This document shows positions 24,583-40,957 of a DNA stretch of 64,000 bases, piece by piece. The stretch is from the NCBI RefSeq assembly GCF_006345805.1, contig NC_042998.1:136338001-136402000 (forward strand). The letters are read 5' to 3'. The stretch comes from Octopus sinensis. Taxonomy: Eukaryota. The notes beneath the pieces are model-generated. The model searched no databases. It was not told the DNA's origin and saw nothing but the letters and a program-made list of their open reading frames with translations. Within the stretch, counting starts at the first letter, position 1, and each line of letters starts with the position of its first letter. Position numbers and translations under genes: made by a program.

Positions 24583-24852
24583 TAATATAATAATAATAAT
24601 AATAATAAGATAATAATAATGATAATAATAATATGAGGGAATATTATTCCAAACTTCGGGAAAAATTCAATTTAGAAATACTAAATCAAATTCAACAAAC
24701 ATATAATATATTTCATTATATAACAATACGGAGAAAACGGAGACAAAATATTGTGGTTACTTATTTTATTTGTATCACAATAAGAACATAGTAAGTTGTT
24801 TAATACAAATAAAATTTAAATGAACACATATTAACATAAAATAAGTGTAAGA

Positions 24853-24972
24853 AGTGCCTACACATGTTTCAATCTGGTCACTAAGTAAACAGTGCTTCAG
24901 AGGGTTTGAACCATGTTAAGAGTTTTAGATGTAAAAAATAACAACACAGTGACCAGATATCTTCAGGGCAGT
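24853..24972 (-). ncRNA. Type I hammerhead motif with 11-bp stem II and large loop
   Basis: Minus strand: TGCC-CTGAAGA-T-ATCTGGTCACT...AGTGACCAGAT-T-GAAA-C-ATGT-GTA-GGCA. Confidence 0.75.
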
Positions 24973-25231
24973 CTCGTACAAAAGGCTAATACTTACATAT
25001 TTTTCACTTACTCTCACCCCTATCTTTTCTAATGCTAGTGTCACAGTAAATTGAATTGTATACACTCTTGTAAAGTGTTGGTGTTAGGAAGTGCATCCTG
25101 CTATAGAAAGAAATAGAAAAAAAGGGAAGTATGTATGCAATAAGAACTGATTTGGTTCATGATGACCCATCTAACCTTTGACAGTATAGGTTGGCTGGGT
25201 CACAGGCACATCCTATATATATGAGTGTGTG

Positions 25232-25296
<65 letters not shown>

Positions 25297-26599
25297 ATTT
25301 ATACATATATGGCACATAAAAGCACCCATTACACTCTCAGAGTGATTGGCGTTAGGTAGGACATCTAGCCACAGAAAACCATGCCAAATCGGACTGAAGT
25401 CTGATGCAGCCTTCCAGCTTACCAGCTCTGGTCAAACTGTCCAACCCATGCTAGTATGGACAACGGGCATTAAATGATGATGATATATTTGTGTGTGTGT
25501 GTACATAAATATATATACATAAATACATATGCATATATATATGTATGACATATATATATGATGATATATTTGTGTGTGTGTGTGTATGTGTGTGTATGTA
25601 TGTGTGTGTGTGTATGGTGTGTGTGCGTGTGTACATATATATATATATGTATATATATATATATTATATAATATATATATTATATATATATATATAATAC
25701 ATACAGGAAGATAGACAGACAGATAGACAGATAGGCAGGCAGGCAGACTGACAGAGAGAAGGGGTGGGGAAGACAGAAAAAGAGAGTGGTCTGGAGGGAA
25801 AGAGAGACAGAGACTAAGAGATAGACAGACAGGTAGGTAAACTGACAGATATATCAGGAAGGAAGGAAGGAAGGAAAAGGAAAAGAAGGTAGGTGGATAG
25901 GTAGGTAGGTACGTAGGTAGGTAGAAATGTATAGATAGATGTATACATATCTAATTGTGTGTATATATGTGTGCGTGCCCATGCTGAAGCAGGAATGCAG
26001 TTATCTGCGCAGTAGTGATGGAAAAAAGATGACAACATCAGCTGGCTTTTTAATAGCGGCAGCAGTAACAGCAAGAGCAGTAGCAGCAGCAGCAATAACA
26101 GCAGCAGCAATGACAGCAGCAGCAACAGCAGCTGCAGCAATAACAGCAGCAGCATTATTTGTAGTAGCAGCAGCAGCAGCAGTTGTATTTGTAGTAGTAG
26201 CAGTAACCAATTGCATTTTAAGATGTAACCAATAAAAATTACATTGAATGAAAGTTGCCAAGATAGTCATAGGCAACATGTAAAGGTTAGTTTATAAGTG
26301 ACTGGGAGTATTGTCTAATTTAACTGCCAGTGAAACACAAAACTAATTAAAGTTTATTAAGACCAGTCTAATCAAAGACTGTAAAGACTAGTCTAATTAA
26401 TGGCTGCAGAGCCTAAGTAGGTAATGCGGCTGTTGGTAAAATGTCTGGTGTGAAATATTTGTGATGGACTGGAGATAACAACCTACTGTTTTAGACAGTG
26501 AATTAAAAATGAAGGCAATCAATGATTTCATAGATTTAAATATGGTTTTGATCAACTTTTAAAACTGCTAACTGATGTCGCTTAAAACCCTGAAAAACG

Positions 26600-27150
26600 T
26601 AGCCAATACGTAGCTACTCAGCCTGCTAGAAATAACAACCAGGTCTCTTTCAAAATTATACACTGCTGTTTTAAAAGAAAGGAAGGACACATTAGATAAT
26701 GTGGTCCTACATACATTGTGCCTGAAACAAAAGTTAAACAATGCAGCCAATGAGTAGTTGCTCAGCTTGATAGAAATAGCAACCGAATCTCTCTCAAATC
26801 ACAAATCACAACCTGCTGTTTAAAAACAAAACAAAGACACATTAGATAATGTAGTCCCACATACACTAGGCTTGAAACAAAAGTTAAACAATGCAGTTAA
26901 TAAGTAGCTGTTCAGATTGCTAGAAATAACAACCAAATCTCTCTCAAATTACACCCTGCGGTTTAAAAACAAATGAAGGACACATCAGCAAATGTAGTCC
27001 TACACACACTAAGCTTGAAACAAAAGTTAATATAACCAATGAGTAGTTATTCAGATTGCTAGAAATAACAACCAAATTTCTCTCAGATTACACCCTGCTC
27101 TTTAAAGCAAAAGAAGGACACATCAGCTAATGTAGTCCTACTTGAAACAA
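26600..27150 (+). repeat. Tandem array of four ~140-150-bp units of a dispersed repeat
   Basis: Units start near 26601, 26745, 26895 and 27034 and share CTAGAAATAACAACC...GGACACAT...GAAACAAAAGTTAA; single copies near 19350 and 48530. Confidence 0.85.
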
Positions 27151-27329
27151 ATGTCTGTTTGCTCAGTAAAGAATAACAGCTCCATGTTACATATTGCTAA
27201 TTATGACAATACATTTTAGTACATTTAAAGCTATGGTTTCTTGGCAATCAGCCACAGAAATAGCACAGCAGAGCAACTCTTATACACACACTGTTCATAT
27301 TCAATACATACACCAGTATGTATTGAATA

Positions 27330-27548
27330 TGCGAGCTAGCAGAATCGTTAGCACGCCGGGTGAAATGCTTAGCGGTATTTCGTCTGCCGTTACGTTCTGA
27401 GTTCAAACTCCGCCGAGGTTGACTTTGCCTTTCATCCTTTCAGGGTCGATTAAATAAGTACCAGTTACGCACTGAGGGTCGGTGTAATTGACTTAAACCC
27501 TTTGTTTGTCCACTATATGTTTAGCACCCTGTGGGCAATAAAGAAATG
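27330..27548 (+). mobile_element. SINE (family B)
   Basis: GAGCTAGCAGAATCGTTAGC head, GAGTTCAAACTCC B-box, GACTTTGCCTTTCATCCTTTC core; other copies near 29077, 29700, 33047, 38270 and 39050. Confidence 0.85.
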
Positions 27549-28570
27549 AAAAATAAATACATACACCAGTAAGTATTTTTCTCATCACCCTTCATATACC
27601 ACCACCACACCACCACCACCACCACAACCATCACCACCACAACCATCACCAACAACACCACCACCACCAACACCACCACCACCACACCACCACCACCACC
27701 ACTATAACCATCACCACCACCACCACAACCACAACCACAACCACCAACACCACAACCACAACCACCACCACCACCACACCACCACCACCACCACACCACC
27801 ACCACCACAACCATCATCACCACCACAACCACCACCACCACCACCACTGCCACCACCACCACCACCACCATTGTCATTGTCATCTTCATTGTCATCATTG
27901 TTGCCATTATTGTTATCATTGTTGTCATCATTGCCGTTGTCATCATTCTCATCATCATCATTATCTGCATTGCTATCACCATCATCTTTGTTGTTGACAT
28001 CATTGTTGTCTCACATGCACACACATATATGTACACTCAACCACACATACATACATACATACACCACCACCACCACCACCTTTTTCTTTTTCATATCCAC
28101 TTTTCCAGCTTTACATGGATGCCCTTCTTGATATCAACTCTTGCTTGTTCTCAAGTTAGGTAATATTTCCCTCAGGACCAGACACACTTCCTGAAACCAC
28201 GTGCTTTTAGGTTCATTCTTCTGTGTGGTATCTTGGCTAAGTTTCTTCTATTATAGCCCCAGGCTAGGCAGAAAGAAAGAAGCTTGCCATATCAATGGCC
28301 GCATGCGTGCATGTGCTGTCATCACATCATAGTTGTAAATGAGTGTTACCATCATACAGGTAATATCTTTTTATTTCTAATCTCCTATGGAAAACATGCT
28401 TAATTATGGGGAAGTATTATCTTGCTTGGAAACAAATTATGAAGGTTAGAGAGAGGAAGGGCATAGAATCCGTCTCAACAAATTCTATCAGACCCATGCA
28501 AGCATAGAAAAGTGATTAACATGATGATGACAATGACATTTAAGTGTGTGTGTGTGTGTGTGTGTGTGTG

Positions 28571-28604
<34 letters not shown>

Positions 28605-30189
28605 TCATCATTATCAGCAGCAACAGCAGCAATGTTGTACATCCATTTACCCTGCTGGTATGGGTTGAATGAGTCATCATAGACTGGTCCTTCTGTGTAT
28701 CATTTCACAGCTTGGATTCTTCAGTTAGACACCTTTCTTACTGTCAACCACTTTACAGAGAGTAACTGGGGTGCATTTTCTTATAACATCAGTATTAGGG
28801 CAGTTATTAATTCCTCACCAAGACAAGACAAGACTAAAGAGATATCACAACTGTATGCTTTCTCTGCTCATTTCTACTTTGCAGTGTGTATTGACTGAGC
28901 CGTTTTTTATATGACAGCAGTAAAAGAAACATGTTAACCCTTCCTTATCTGATAATTCATTAATCACTGCAGAGGATATGCAGTGTGGTTGAGCTTAGGA
29001 GGCAATTATACATCTTGAGCTGAGTTCTTTTTTTAATTTCTATGTTTATTAGGATGACATTATTGATACATTCTTAAGGCAGTAAGCTGGCAGAATCGTT
29101 AGCATACCAGGCAAAATGCTTAGCGGCATTTCATCTGTCTTTACATTCTGAGTTCAAATTCTGCCAAGATCAACTTTGCCTTTCATACTTTGGGGTTGGT
29201 AAAATAAGTACCAGTTGAACACAGTACCTGTCTCCCAAAATTGCTAGCCTTGTGCCAAAATTTGAAATCATTATTGATACTTTCTACAATAAGAAGCAAA
29301 CAATTAGAAAACCAATTCTTTAACACATGAAATGTTGTTCCAAAAGCTGCAATGAAGAGTTGATGAAAGCTAGAAGCTTGGTGAATACTTTCTTGTTGAT
29401 CAAATTCCTCTCTAAACTTTTAACTAATCTTTGTTTTGTACTTAGTACAAAAAAATGTATGATGTACATTTTTACATTACATATATTTTAATTATTGCAA
29501 CTTGGTGAATTGTAGTAAAAATATTGGTTTCAAATTTTGACACAACGCCAGAATTTTGGGGTAGAGGGCAAGTTGATTACATTGACCCCAGTGCTTGACT
29601 GGTACTTTTTTTATCAACCTCGGTGGGATTTGGGCTCAGAACATAAAGCTAGACAAATGCTGCTAAAAATGCTACCAGCTCACTTCTTATGTAGTAAATT
29701 TATTGGTTTCAAATTTTGGCACAAGGCCAGAAATTTTAGGAGAGGAGTTGAGTCAATTACATCAATCCCAGTGCTTGACTGGTAATTATTTTATCAACCC
29801 TGAAAGGATGAAAGGCAAAGTCAACCTCAACAGCATTTGAATTCAGAATGTAAAGACAGAAAAAATGCGCTAAGCGCTTGGCCCAGCATACAAATGATTC
29901 TTCCAGCTTACCATCCTATGTGGTAAAAATGTTATCAATAATCTTGTTGATATCAAAAAAATCATCATTTGTAAAAAGGATTTAGGTTTCAGACATAGCT
30001 ATAAATATCTGCCACAGGATGTTGTCTACACTTTACCATGAGCAGAAGCAATATAGAATTATGAGCAAAAGAAAATCTAAAAGAAAACACTCAAGCATTT
30101 CTCATATCAAGAAAATACCACTGCACAACCCACCCCAAATATGAGTGGCACACAGTTCCAGTCCCTTCAGATGCTGAGTCAATCTTGTT

Positions 30190-30905
30190 ATCACTGAGGA
30201 TTTCTCCTGGTGAAAGTATGTTCTAGCTTGAAATGGACCTCAAAGACTAGCTGTTCCCTCCAAAGCCAGAAAATATTTCAGCTCCTAACTAAGGCGCAGG
30301 AGTGGCTGTGTGGTAAGTAGCTTGCTTACCAACCACATGGTTCTGGGTTCATTCCCACTGCATGGTACCTAGGGCAAGTGTCTTCTACTATAGCCTCAGG
30401 CCGACCAAAGCCTTGTGAGTGGATTTGGTAGATGGAAACTGAAAGAAGGCCATCGTATATATGTATATATGTATATATATATATGTATGTGTGTGTATAT
30501 GCTTGTGTATCTGTGTTTGTCCACCAACATCGCTTGACAACTGATGGTGGTGCGTTTACATCCCCATAACTTAGCAGTTCAGGAAAAGAGACCGATAGAA
30601 TAAGTACTAGGCTTCTAAAGAATAAGTCCTGGGATTGATTTGCTTGACTAAAGATGGTGCTCCAGTATGGCCAGAGTCAAAAGACTGAAACAAGTAAAAG
30701 AGTATTGTTGACATTCTGCAAGGTACAAGGGAGGCCCACAATGAAGCACTACTCCAGCATCTGGAATTGTGCTGCTGCTATGCATACTCACATCTTGAAT
30801 TGCATCCAAAGAAGGGCCACTTGATGGACTGGGATTCAATCACTCACAGACATGATCCAGCCTCTAGCCCATAAGCCCACAGGCATGCAGTCTCCTCTCT
30901 CTGTC
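30190..30905 (+). mobile_element. Decayed CR1/L2-like LINE RT C-terminal fragment, interrupted by a SINE
   Basis: KARKYFS before the SINE and RPTMKHYSSIW...ILNCIQRRA after it resemble RPxLEYCSxIW...LDRIQRRA. Confidence 0.5.
30292..30704 (+). mobile_element. tRNA-derived SINE, full length (family A)
   Basis: GGCGCAGGAGTGGCTGTGTGGTAAG A-box head, GGTTCATTCCC B-box, internal (TA/TG)n, 3' GACTGAAACAAGTAAAAGAG. Confidence 0.9.
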
Positions 30906-31105
30906 TTGGTGCAGGATGGGGTGCAATGGGAAGGGAGCTAGTGAGTACAAGAGGCTGGGGTTGCTAGGAGTGTTAGAGGCACAAGAAGTGTTGTAGGGGC
31001 TAGGGTGATACTTTAATGGGGATGGCACTGTATAAGCCTGTGTAGACTTGGAGGCCTGGTGTGTATGGGAGAGGGGACAAACTCAAAGGCTGCTACAGGT
31101 GGCAA

Positions 31106-31168
<63 letters not shown>

Positions 31169-31585
31169 CAGCAGCAGCAGCAGCTACAGTTGTAGTAGTG
31201 GTAATGGTGGTGGTGGTGGTTTTGGACTTGGTGATAGAGATGATAGTGGTAGTAATAATGACAATGATGGCTTGTGGAAATGTTGATGTTGATACTGGTG
31301 ATGGTGGTGGTGACAGTAATGATGAGGATGATGATGATGATGACAACAATAATGATGATGATATGGTGATGGCGGGGTGGGGGTGATGGTGATGGTGGTG
31401 GGGGTGGTATTTATGCTTCTTTACCTTGCTGGCTTTTACACAGCATTAATCTATTATTGCTGCATCACCTACTGCAGCCAGCAACAGTAGCCACAGTTGC
31501 AGTGCAGTCATATTGTAAGCATCATTTGTAAAGCTCTTAAATTTTCATCTATAGGCTCTCTCTCTCTCTCACTTTCTCTCCCTCT

Positions 31586-31620
<35 letters not shown>

Positions 31621-31707
31621 CCCCACTCTCTTTTTTTTTTTACTTTTTATAATCTGCTCTTTGATCTTTTACCAATGTTCTAACCTTTTACCTTCTCTCC
31701 CTCTAAG

Positions 31708-31769
<62 letters not shown>

Positions 31770-32005
31770 TGTATGTGTGAATATATGCATACATATATAT
31801 CTATATATAAACACACACACTCACACACACACACACACACATACATACACACACATAGCATTGTACCCACATTCCTCAATATCATTCAGTATCTCTTCTC
31901 TTCTCCTTTTTATATTCATTGATTTATTCACTCATTTGATATCTGTTTTCTATGCTAGCATGGGTGGATGGGGAGTTAGATGAAGTAGGATTATATATAT
32001 GAGTA

Positions 32006-32076
<71 letters not shown>

Positions 32077-33019
32077 TTATATACACACATTCACAACTAA
32101 TAAACACACACACGCACATATGTATAACATATGGTATAATTATATATGTTTATGTGTGTGTTATCATCATATTCATCATTTAACATTCAGTTTTTCATGC
32201 TTGCATGGATCTGATGGAATCTGTTGAGGTAGATTTTCTGAGCTTGGATGCCATTTCTCTTGCCAACCCCAACCTGTTTCTGAATATGGTAATACTTACC
32301 ATGGCCAGACATGATTTGCCATGGAAGACTGGAAATGCACAACATCACTTGCATAATAGTGATGCTCATTTACTCCCATCACGATATCAAAAACACACAT
32401 ACACACACACATGCACATCATCATCATCATCATTATCATCATCATCATTATCATCATTATCGTTTAATATATGTTTTCCATTTTGGTATGAGTTGAACAG
32501 TTTGACAAGAACTGGTAAGCCAGAGAACTGCATCCATACTCCAATGTCTGTTTTGGCATGGTTTCTACAGCTGAATGCTTGGCCTAATGCCATCCACTTA
32601 CCTGAGTGTACTGGGTGCTTTTTATGTGGCACCACCAGTGGCACCATCATCTAATTTGCAAGACAAGACTCCTCAACTGAGGATAGAGTAATATTGAGGG
32701 AAGTGGCTTTATGTCAGGTGATGAGAAGTTAGACTACGGATAGAAACAGGTATCTTGCAGTTGGGGTGCTATACAGTGGGACTGAACTTAAGACCACATG
32801 GTTGAGAAGCAAAATTCTTAACCACACAGCCACACTGGTTTCAGCATACTGAAACAGATGGTATCAGGAAGAGTAGCTGGCTATAAAACACTACCTCTAA
32901 AAGTCCCATCCAGCCCATGTCAGCATGGAAAAGTAGATGTATAAACAGTGATGATATGCATGCCACTCATTGCATAATTAATATATATGTGCATGTGTGT
33001 GTATGTACATATATGCACA

Positions 33020-33665
33020 CAGGTGTGGTAGTGTGGTAAGAAGCTTGTGGTGAGCTAGCAGAATTGTTAGCACCCCAGGCAAAATGCTTAGCAGTATTTT
33101 GTCTGCCATTACGTTCTGAGTTCAAATTCCGCCAAGGTCGACTTTGCCTTTCATCCTTTTGGGGTCAATTAAATAAGTACCAGTTACGCACTGGGGTCAA
33201 TGTAATTGACTTAATTCCTTTGTTTGTCCTCTCTACGTTTGGCCCCCTGTGGGCAATAAAGAAATATATATATAGGCTTTTAAAAAAAAAAAGAAGCTTG
33301 CTTCTCAACCATATGGTTCTGGGTTCAGTCTCACTATGTAGCACCTTGCGCAAGTGTCATCTATCACCTTGGGCCAAGCATAGCCTTGTGAGTGGATTTA
33401 GTAGATGGAAACTGAAAGAAGCCTATTGTGCATGAGTGTGCATGTGTGTGTGTGTGTATCTTTGTGTCTATGTTTGTTGCCCACCGCCACTTGACAACTA
33501 GTGTTGGTGTGTTTATGTCCATGTAACTTAGCAGTTCAGCAAGAGAGACTGATAGAATAGGTACCAAGCTTTAAAAAACTAAGTACACAGGTCAATTCAC
33601 TTGACTAAAAATTTGTTGAATGTGGTGCCCCAGCATGGCCACAGTCTAAAGATTGAAACAAGTAA
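33020..33665 (+). mobile_element. Family A SINE with a family B SINE nested at ~33047-33265
   Basis: The head ...GTGGTAAGAAGCTTG resumes as AAGAAGCTTGCTTC at 33291, so AAGAAGCTTG is duplicated around the insert. Confidence 0.8.
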
Positions 33666-34185
33666 ATCAGAATACATGTATGAATGTGTGTGTGTGTGTG
33701 TATACACACACACACACACACACACACACATCATTCTCTTATGCTCTTAATTTCTTTGGGTAGCTACCTTTCTTATTCTCTCCTCTCTCTCTGAATATCA
33801 TTATAATATCATTATGTCTCCTTTGATATCAATCTAATTCTCTCTTCCACTCTACTCGATATCATTCAATAATTACTTCTCTTTTTCACCCCAGCCACCC
33901 AACTTTCTTAAAATCAATTGATGTCATTTGTCCTGCTGTTTGCTTGCAAACAGTTCATGGTGGTGGTGCGAGAGGGAGAGAGTGTGTTTGTGTGTGTGAG
34001 AGAGAAAAAGTAAGAGAGTGCGAGAGAAAGAGAGTGTATGTGAGTGTGAGAGAGAAAGATAGAAAGAGTGTGTGTGTGAGAGAGAGAGAGAGAGGGAGTG
34101 TTAGAGAGACAGAGAGTAGATATCAGAATATGTTAGAGAGAGAGAGAGACAGACAGAGACAGAGACAGACAGACAGAGGGTGTGA

Positions 34186-34224
<39 letters not shown>

Positions 34225-34386
34225 TGTGCGTGTGAATGCCCTTTCTTTTCAAGATATACTAACAGAGTCACACTTAATGCTACTAGACATACAAATTGAG
34301 AAACACACACACATATATATATATATATATAGATATATATATATGTGAGTGTGTGGGTGTATGTATATGCATATATATGTGTGTGC

Positions 34387-34422
<36 letters not shown>

Positions 34423-34760
34423 ATACACACACACATACATACACGATTTTACTCATTTCTTTCATGCAAGAGCAATTCTGTATCTTTCTGACTTATTAAA
34501 CCATCAGTTTTATTACCATATTAAGTAATGTATGTATATGTGTATATGTCTGTGTACAACTGTATGAATCTGTGTATGGATCAATGTGTATGTGTGTATG
34601 TATGTGTACCAACACATCATCCCTCTGCAGTACTACTCATGTGTTTGACCTAGACACTAAGGCAATTTGACCACTTTGCTTGCTTGAAACTAGATTTCCA
34701 ATAATACCAAAGAAACAGTTTTATGTTTTGAGATATCAAAATAACAACAATACACACATC

Positions 34761-36765
<2,005 letters not shown>

Positions 36766-36779
36766 GTGCGTGCGCACTC

Positions 36780-37200
36780 GTGTATTTACCATGGCTTGGC
36801 TTTGCAAACAAAGATTTAAAGAGGCAGATGTCAAAGTTTGTTGCAGGCTTGCTGATGCTTGTCAAGTCTGATTCAGACCATGACCACAGATGCTACATGG
36901 GAAAGTAGGCTGATTGAGGCTCACTGTAGTGTCCCTGTTTACCTCACCCTTCTCTCTTGTCTGCAAGGATAGTTCTGCAGGTGTCTTCAAAGAGGCTGTT
37001 TCTTGGTGGACAGTAAGACACGAGGCTTCATGGTCAGTGTGCAAGGGTGGTAATCAATGTGGCAGGAAGCAAGGGATTTCATTAGAAAGTCCTTCTTTGG
37101 TGTTTCTCTATCACAATGACCAGAGGAGAGTTTGTCGTACAGTATTATTTTGGGAAGTTGATGATCCTTCATCTTGGTGGCATGTCATGACAGTGTAGGT
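36780..37200 (-). mobile_element. RTE-like LINE 3' fragment
   Basis: Remnants LPKIILYDKLSSG...PKK, SLASCHID and a C-terminal FPCSICG zinc-finger half. Confidence 0.65.
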
Positions 37201-37310
37201 GTGTCTGGTACATATACAAGTTAAATTAACTCACAATATCATTGCTTTAATTTCTGTTTAATTCTATTTTACATTTGACATACCTCCACATATATACGTA
37301 CATACATACA

Positions 37311-37341
<31 letters not shown>

Positions 37342-37494
37342 GCACTCATACATTATATATATATATTTGGTTTTTTATCATAGCCTTGAGCTGACCAATG
37401 CCTTGTAAGTGAAGTTGGTAGACAGAGACTGAGTGGAAGCCCTTTTTGTGTGTGCGTGGGAGGGGGCGTGTGTATGTGCATGTATATATATATG

Positions 37495-37647
37495 GGGAGA
37501 ATTCACGAAAAAAACAAAAGACGAAGACAGGTGGTGTAGAAAACAAACAGATATATTAGTATAATGCTCGGGAATTGAAAAAGTCTTTAACGTTTTGAGC
37601 CTACGCTCTTCCACACAAAGGAACACAGAAAGAAACAAGGAGAGAAA
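37495..37647 (-). mobile_element. Short element with degenerate hammerhead-like motif (same family as 16944)
   Basis: Minus strand: CTTT-GTGTGGA-A-GAGC-GTAG-GCTC-AAAA-CGTT-AAAG; TA repeats on both sides. Confidence 0.5.
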
Positions 37648-38024
37648 TATATATATATAAAATTAAAAGTGACAGAGGATACTGACTAGCACTGCTTTTG
37701 CTAAAGATAAGAGTTAAACTAACTCAAAGCCACAAACGCACTGCCTTAAGTGAGTGACAAAGGGAGGTAAGTCCCCAGTGTACATAGATCGCAATTTCAA
37801 ATTTTGATGTAGACCATCTTAGTCCTCCTCGGCGGCTTTTAATGCTTAGGGTTAAACTTGACTACCTCGGTATGTATGTATGCATATATGTGTGTACACA
37901 CACACACATATAATAATATTTTATAAGCTTAAACTTATAAAATATTATTATTATTGTTGTTTACAGAATTGTAAAACACAACACCGCTTAACAAATCATT
38001 GCATATATATATATATATTAATAC

Positions 38025-38074
<50 letters not shown>

Positions 38075-38766
38075 TATATGTATATATATTAATACAGATA
38101 CATATATATATACACACACATATATATGTATGTATGATTGTATGTATGCATGTATGTGTATGTATATATATCATGGCCAAATGGAAACTAAGCATAAAAT
38201 GATGATATTTGTGTGATTGTGTGTGTGCATGTATGTGTGTGGTGGTAATGATGATGAAAGTGAAATAATGATAGCACAAGGCCAGCAATTTTATGGGGAG
38301 GGGAGGGGGTAAGTTAATTACATTGACCCCAGCACTTGACTGTTGCTTATTTCATTAACCCTGGAAGGATGAAAGGCAAAGTCAACGTCAATGGAATTTG
38401 AACTCTGAACATAAAGACGGACTAAATGTCACTAAACATTTTGGCAAATATGCAAGTGATTCTGCCAGCTCAATGCCTTGAATACAGGTAATATTGCTTT
38501 GATATATTTAGTAACTGTTATTATATCTGCTGCTATATCCACACCTTGGTTTTACACTAATTCAGGTATTCGGTCAGTCACTGAGATCTTTGGCAACTGT
38601 AGAAGCAGGTCTCTCTTTCTTTCCATCAGTGTGTGTGTTAGTGTGTGTTTGTGCCCACGAACATGTGTGCTTGACTTTCTGAGTTCAAATTCCACTGAGG
38701 TTGACTTTGCCTTGGTAGAATTTGAACTCAGAGCATGCTAATGATTCTGCCAGCTCGCTACCTTAA

Positions 38767-38986
38767 CCCAATTGTTACCAACCCGGCTGAAACCGGCTCT
38801 GGCTCTGAGTACAAATGTCTTGTTTTTATAAGTTTTGAATTAAAATCTTCCACCAAGCCTTAGTCACAATTTATGCTCCTAAGACTAGCTTAATGATAAC
38901 TAAGTTATTTTACTAAATGCTTTGTTATATTTAAAATAATTGAAAGAAACACAGAGCATCTCAAAATAAATACAGTAACGTAAGGG
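38767..38986 (+). mobile_element. piggyBac-like MITE
   Basis: TTAA|CCC...GGG|TTAA ends with GTTAC/GTAAC inside the TIR; decayed relatives near 43025, 46515, 47230 and 55665. Confidence 0.75.
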
Positions 38987-40957
38987 TTAAGGAATTTTGT
39001 TTGACACACAAACAATTCTGTCAATTCTCAACCCAAGTAATATCATTTCTGGTATAGGCTCAAGGCCTGAAATTTGTGGGGGAAGGATTAAATAGTACTT
39101 GATTAGTAGTTTATTTTATCAACCCAGGAAGAATGAAAGGTAAAAGTTGACCTTGGCAGAATATGAACTCAGATACTTAGCATCATGACTAAATAACACA
39201 AAACATTATGTCTGATGTGCTAATGGTTCTGCCAATCGTTTGCTCTCACTGCCCTAGAAATATCAATAATGAATCAGCATAGAATTAAAGGTTAGTGTGA
39301 CAATCATTGTTGTAACTATTCTGGTATGCATGTTTGCCTGAATCAAATGAGCAAAATGATATTTTATATGAAACTATGTGTGTTGTAAGTGATTGGAAAT
39401 GTAGCTAGAGGGGTAGTTGTGTAGCATGGACTAGACTTCAGATGAACTGTGCTTCTCTTAGACATAGTAAATAATGTAAGACTTGCTACCAAGTGTTAAT
39501 GCTCACCACATGATAGTGAGAGAGATTGAGAAAGAAAAAACAGAGAGAGAAACAAAAAAAGAGGGGAAATGCTATGATAGAGAGAAATGGTAGTCTGTAG
39601 ATCAATAAATGATTGACTACTTTTAGATTGACCCCTGGGTATACTTAGACTGCATAGCTATGTTGATTAATCACATCTCAGTGGATTTAAAATCTAAACT
39701 TATTTTATTGATAGTAATCTAGAATATGTTACTGATAGTTCAATATTTAAGGTGGGGTGCCTTTTTGGGATTTTGTTTGGGTTTTCTTTAGAATACTTTT
39801 ATTGCTGATATTTTTCAGTGAATCAGTTTGTTAGTACATCTTATGTTTGTGCATCAGACATGCAATTCTTTGATATTGTTGATTAGTTGTATGTTCTCTA
39901 TTTTTCCAGTGTCTGTTAACAGCCTTCATGTTCTACTGACACAACCAGAGCTTCTGGAAGAAATATGGCAAAGCAAAACAAAACTATAGGAATACCTCAC
40001 TTTACAGAAGTAATATGTTCCTGAACATCTGGTCAAAATGCGAAATCCTACAATGTGAATTCATTTTCCAATTGATTTTCATGCTATCAAGGGAGATTGC
40101 ATTACCATGGACTTTTTCATAAACAAAAATAGAAAAGAAAAACCAATAGAAAACCAATAGCAGCATGAACACTTTTATGCATAAATATAACAATTTCCAA
40201 ACATAAATAGTACAATATAGATACATAAAAACACAAAAACATTTCAAGAGGAATAAGTTAGGGAATTAATAAGAATCATATCATAAAAGTATGTTCTTGC
40301 CACAAAAGATGTTGGCTACTGTGTGAGGGATGGTGGTGGAATGAGCATCACTAGGAGGATGAGGGACAATATTTACTGTCTTATAATATCCCAAAATTAA
40401 TGGTCATACTTTATAAATCTCACAAGCATGAAATCCTGTAACCTGAGGTAGCCATAACAAGGGGGTGTTGGTACTTTTGAGCAATGAAATGAAAGTTGGT
40501 GGAAGAGAAGAGGTTGGTTTTCAAAATTCAAGAATGCTGATTTTTTTTTCTTTTAGGAAGTGCCTCAGAAGATGGTCGCAGGCTACTCCTTGGGTATCTG
40601 GGCCCAGTCTGCTATGTACTAGCTGAAGCTCCCTCTCATAGGCCCTTCATTTGACCTATGATTTTCCTCATCTTCCAGCCCGCGTCCATCTCACATAGAT
40701 CATCTGACTGTCCACAAGACATGACAAGCTAGCCAGTCTTCATTTTGTTACCACCTTTTGGAGGTTTTGGAATGATGCTCTTTTCAAAGACATCTTCATT
40801 TCTGATATGATCCTTGTATGAAATTTTCAGGATTTTCTTGAAAATTTCTTTCAATGTTCAGTCTAATCTAGGATTGTGTATGGATGAGTGTGTGTATGTT
40901 TGTGTGTACCCTTGTCTTGATATTGTATAATGGTTGTGAACAAGCTTCATTGTCATA

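Noticed and set aside
25814-26279. Poly-Ala/Leu ORFs
   Set aside because: (GCA)n microsatellite.
26600-27150. CRISPR-like array
   Set aside because: Whole units are repeated with no unique spacers, and the context is eukaryotic.
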